The position numbers and the translations under genes were made by a program. Positions 63,693 through 64,000 of a stretch of DNA of 64,000 bases are shown here, one piece after another. Origin of the DNA: an uncultured Dehalococcoidaceae bacterium (lineage in GTDB: Bacteria; Chloroflexota; Dehalococcoidia; UBA2979). The DNA is taken from positions 5,532-69,531 of the forward strand of contig CAYPYF010000002.1 of NCBI GenBank assembly GCA_964414675.1, in the 5' to 3' direction. Position 1 is the first letter of the stretch, and each line of letters opens with the position of its first letter. The notes under the pieces were generated by a model. That model saw only the letters and a program-made list of their open reading frames with translations. It did not search any database and had not been told where the DNA came from.

Positions 63693-64000
63693 GTGCTCAC
63701 CCTCCGCAACCCGCACAGCGTCCTCGCCGCCCTGCAGTCGCGCCCTGGCGCGGTCGTGGAGATCCGGCTGCCCGATGCGAAGGGCCACGGTGCCTGGGAC
63801 CGCGTCGCCGCCGAGGCGCGCCGCCTCGGACGGCCCGTCCGCATCGCGCCCCCCCGGGATGACCGCGAGCACCGAGGCCCGCGGAGGCCCGCCGGTGGCG
63901 GAGGTCGCACCGGCGCCGAGGCCTACGTCGACGAGCGCGAGCCGCTCGTCGTGGATCAGCTGTTCGATGGCAGACAGACCGGTGGGCTCTGGCTCGCGCT
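63693..64000 (+). CDS. TrmH/SpoU-family RNA 2'-O-methyltransferase, N-terminal part (3' end outside window)
   Basis: From the GTG at 63693 the frame is open to the window edge: VLTLRNPHSVLAALQSRPGAV...GLWLAL, typical of the region just before the SpoU motif. Confidence 0.5.
   Translation, partial: MLTLRNPHSVLAALQSRPGAVVEIRLPDAKGHGAWDRVAAEARRLGRPVRIAPPRDDREHRGPRRPAGGGGRTGAEAYVDEREPLVVDQLFDGRQTGGLWLA

Noticed and set aside
1-64000. tRNA, rRNA, riboswitch or transposase genes
   Set aside because: I found no tRNA-like T-arm/acceptor pattern, no rRNA-like stretch, no recognisable riboswitch core and no transposase or integrase ORF. The absence is based on reading by eye and should be confirmed with tRNAscan-SE, Infernal and ISfinder.

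Overview
The window is very GC-rich, roughly 70% by eye, and gene-dense, with no rRNA, tRNA or CRISPR array. The gene content suggests an Actinomycetota-like chromosome (inference): oligoribonuclease, Lhr, an Eis-like GNAT, a HadAB-like MaoC pair, a double CaiB-type CoA-transferase, DUF3052 and ClpS. I can support about 60 CDS. They include acyl-CoA and lipid metabolism (3 acyl-CoA dehydrogenases, 2 CoA-transferases, a crotonase, a MaoC pair, SDRs, several alpha/beta hydrolases), seven MFS transporters plus one MFS remnant, and a copZ-like/csoR/copA copper operon with a clear operator. There is also an ECF sigma/anti-sigma pair, two divergent ClpS adaptors around a TSUP permease, a low-GC HigB/HigA-like toxin-antitoxin islet, and an lhr operon next to a secreted PLA2-like gene. 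No single blockbuster system is evident. The strongest signal not explained by genes is a dispersed ~40-nt repeat family: a C-run/G-run hairpin followed by a canonical four-G-tract motif. It has six copies, all in the same orientation, and one copy lies in frame inside a methyltransferase gene. Other candidates are a copper chaperone fused to an unassigned Cys/His-rich domain, the ClpS-TSUP-ClpS locus, a secreted CX16C-repeat protein with an ECF-type promoter, AT-rich twin operators, and a toxin ORF that reads about 200 nt into its antitoxin. Many long ORFs in the track are antisense or out-of-frame artefacts of high GC. All family names come from motif recognition by eye, not from database searches.
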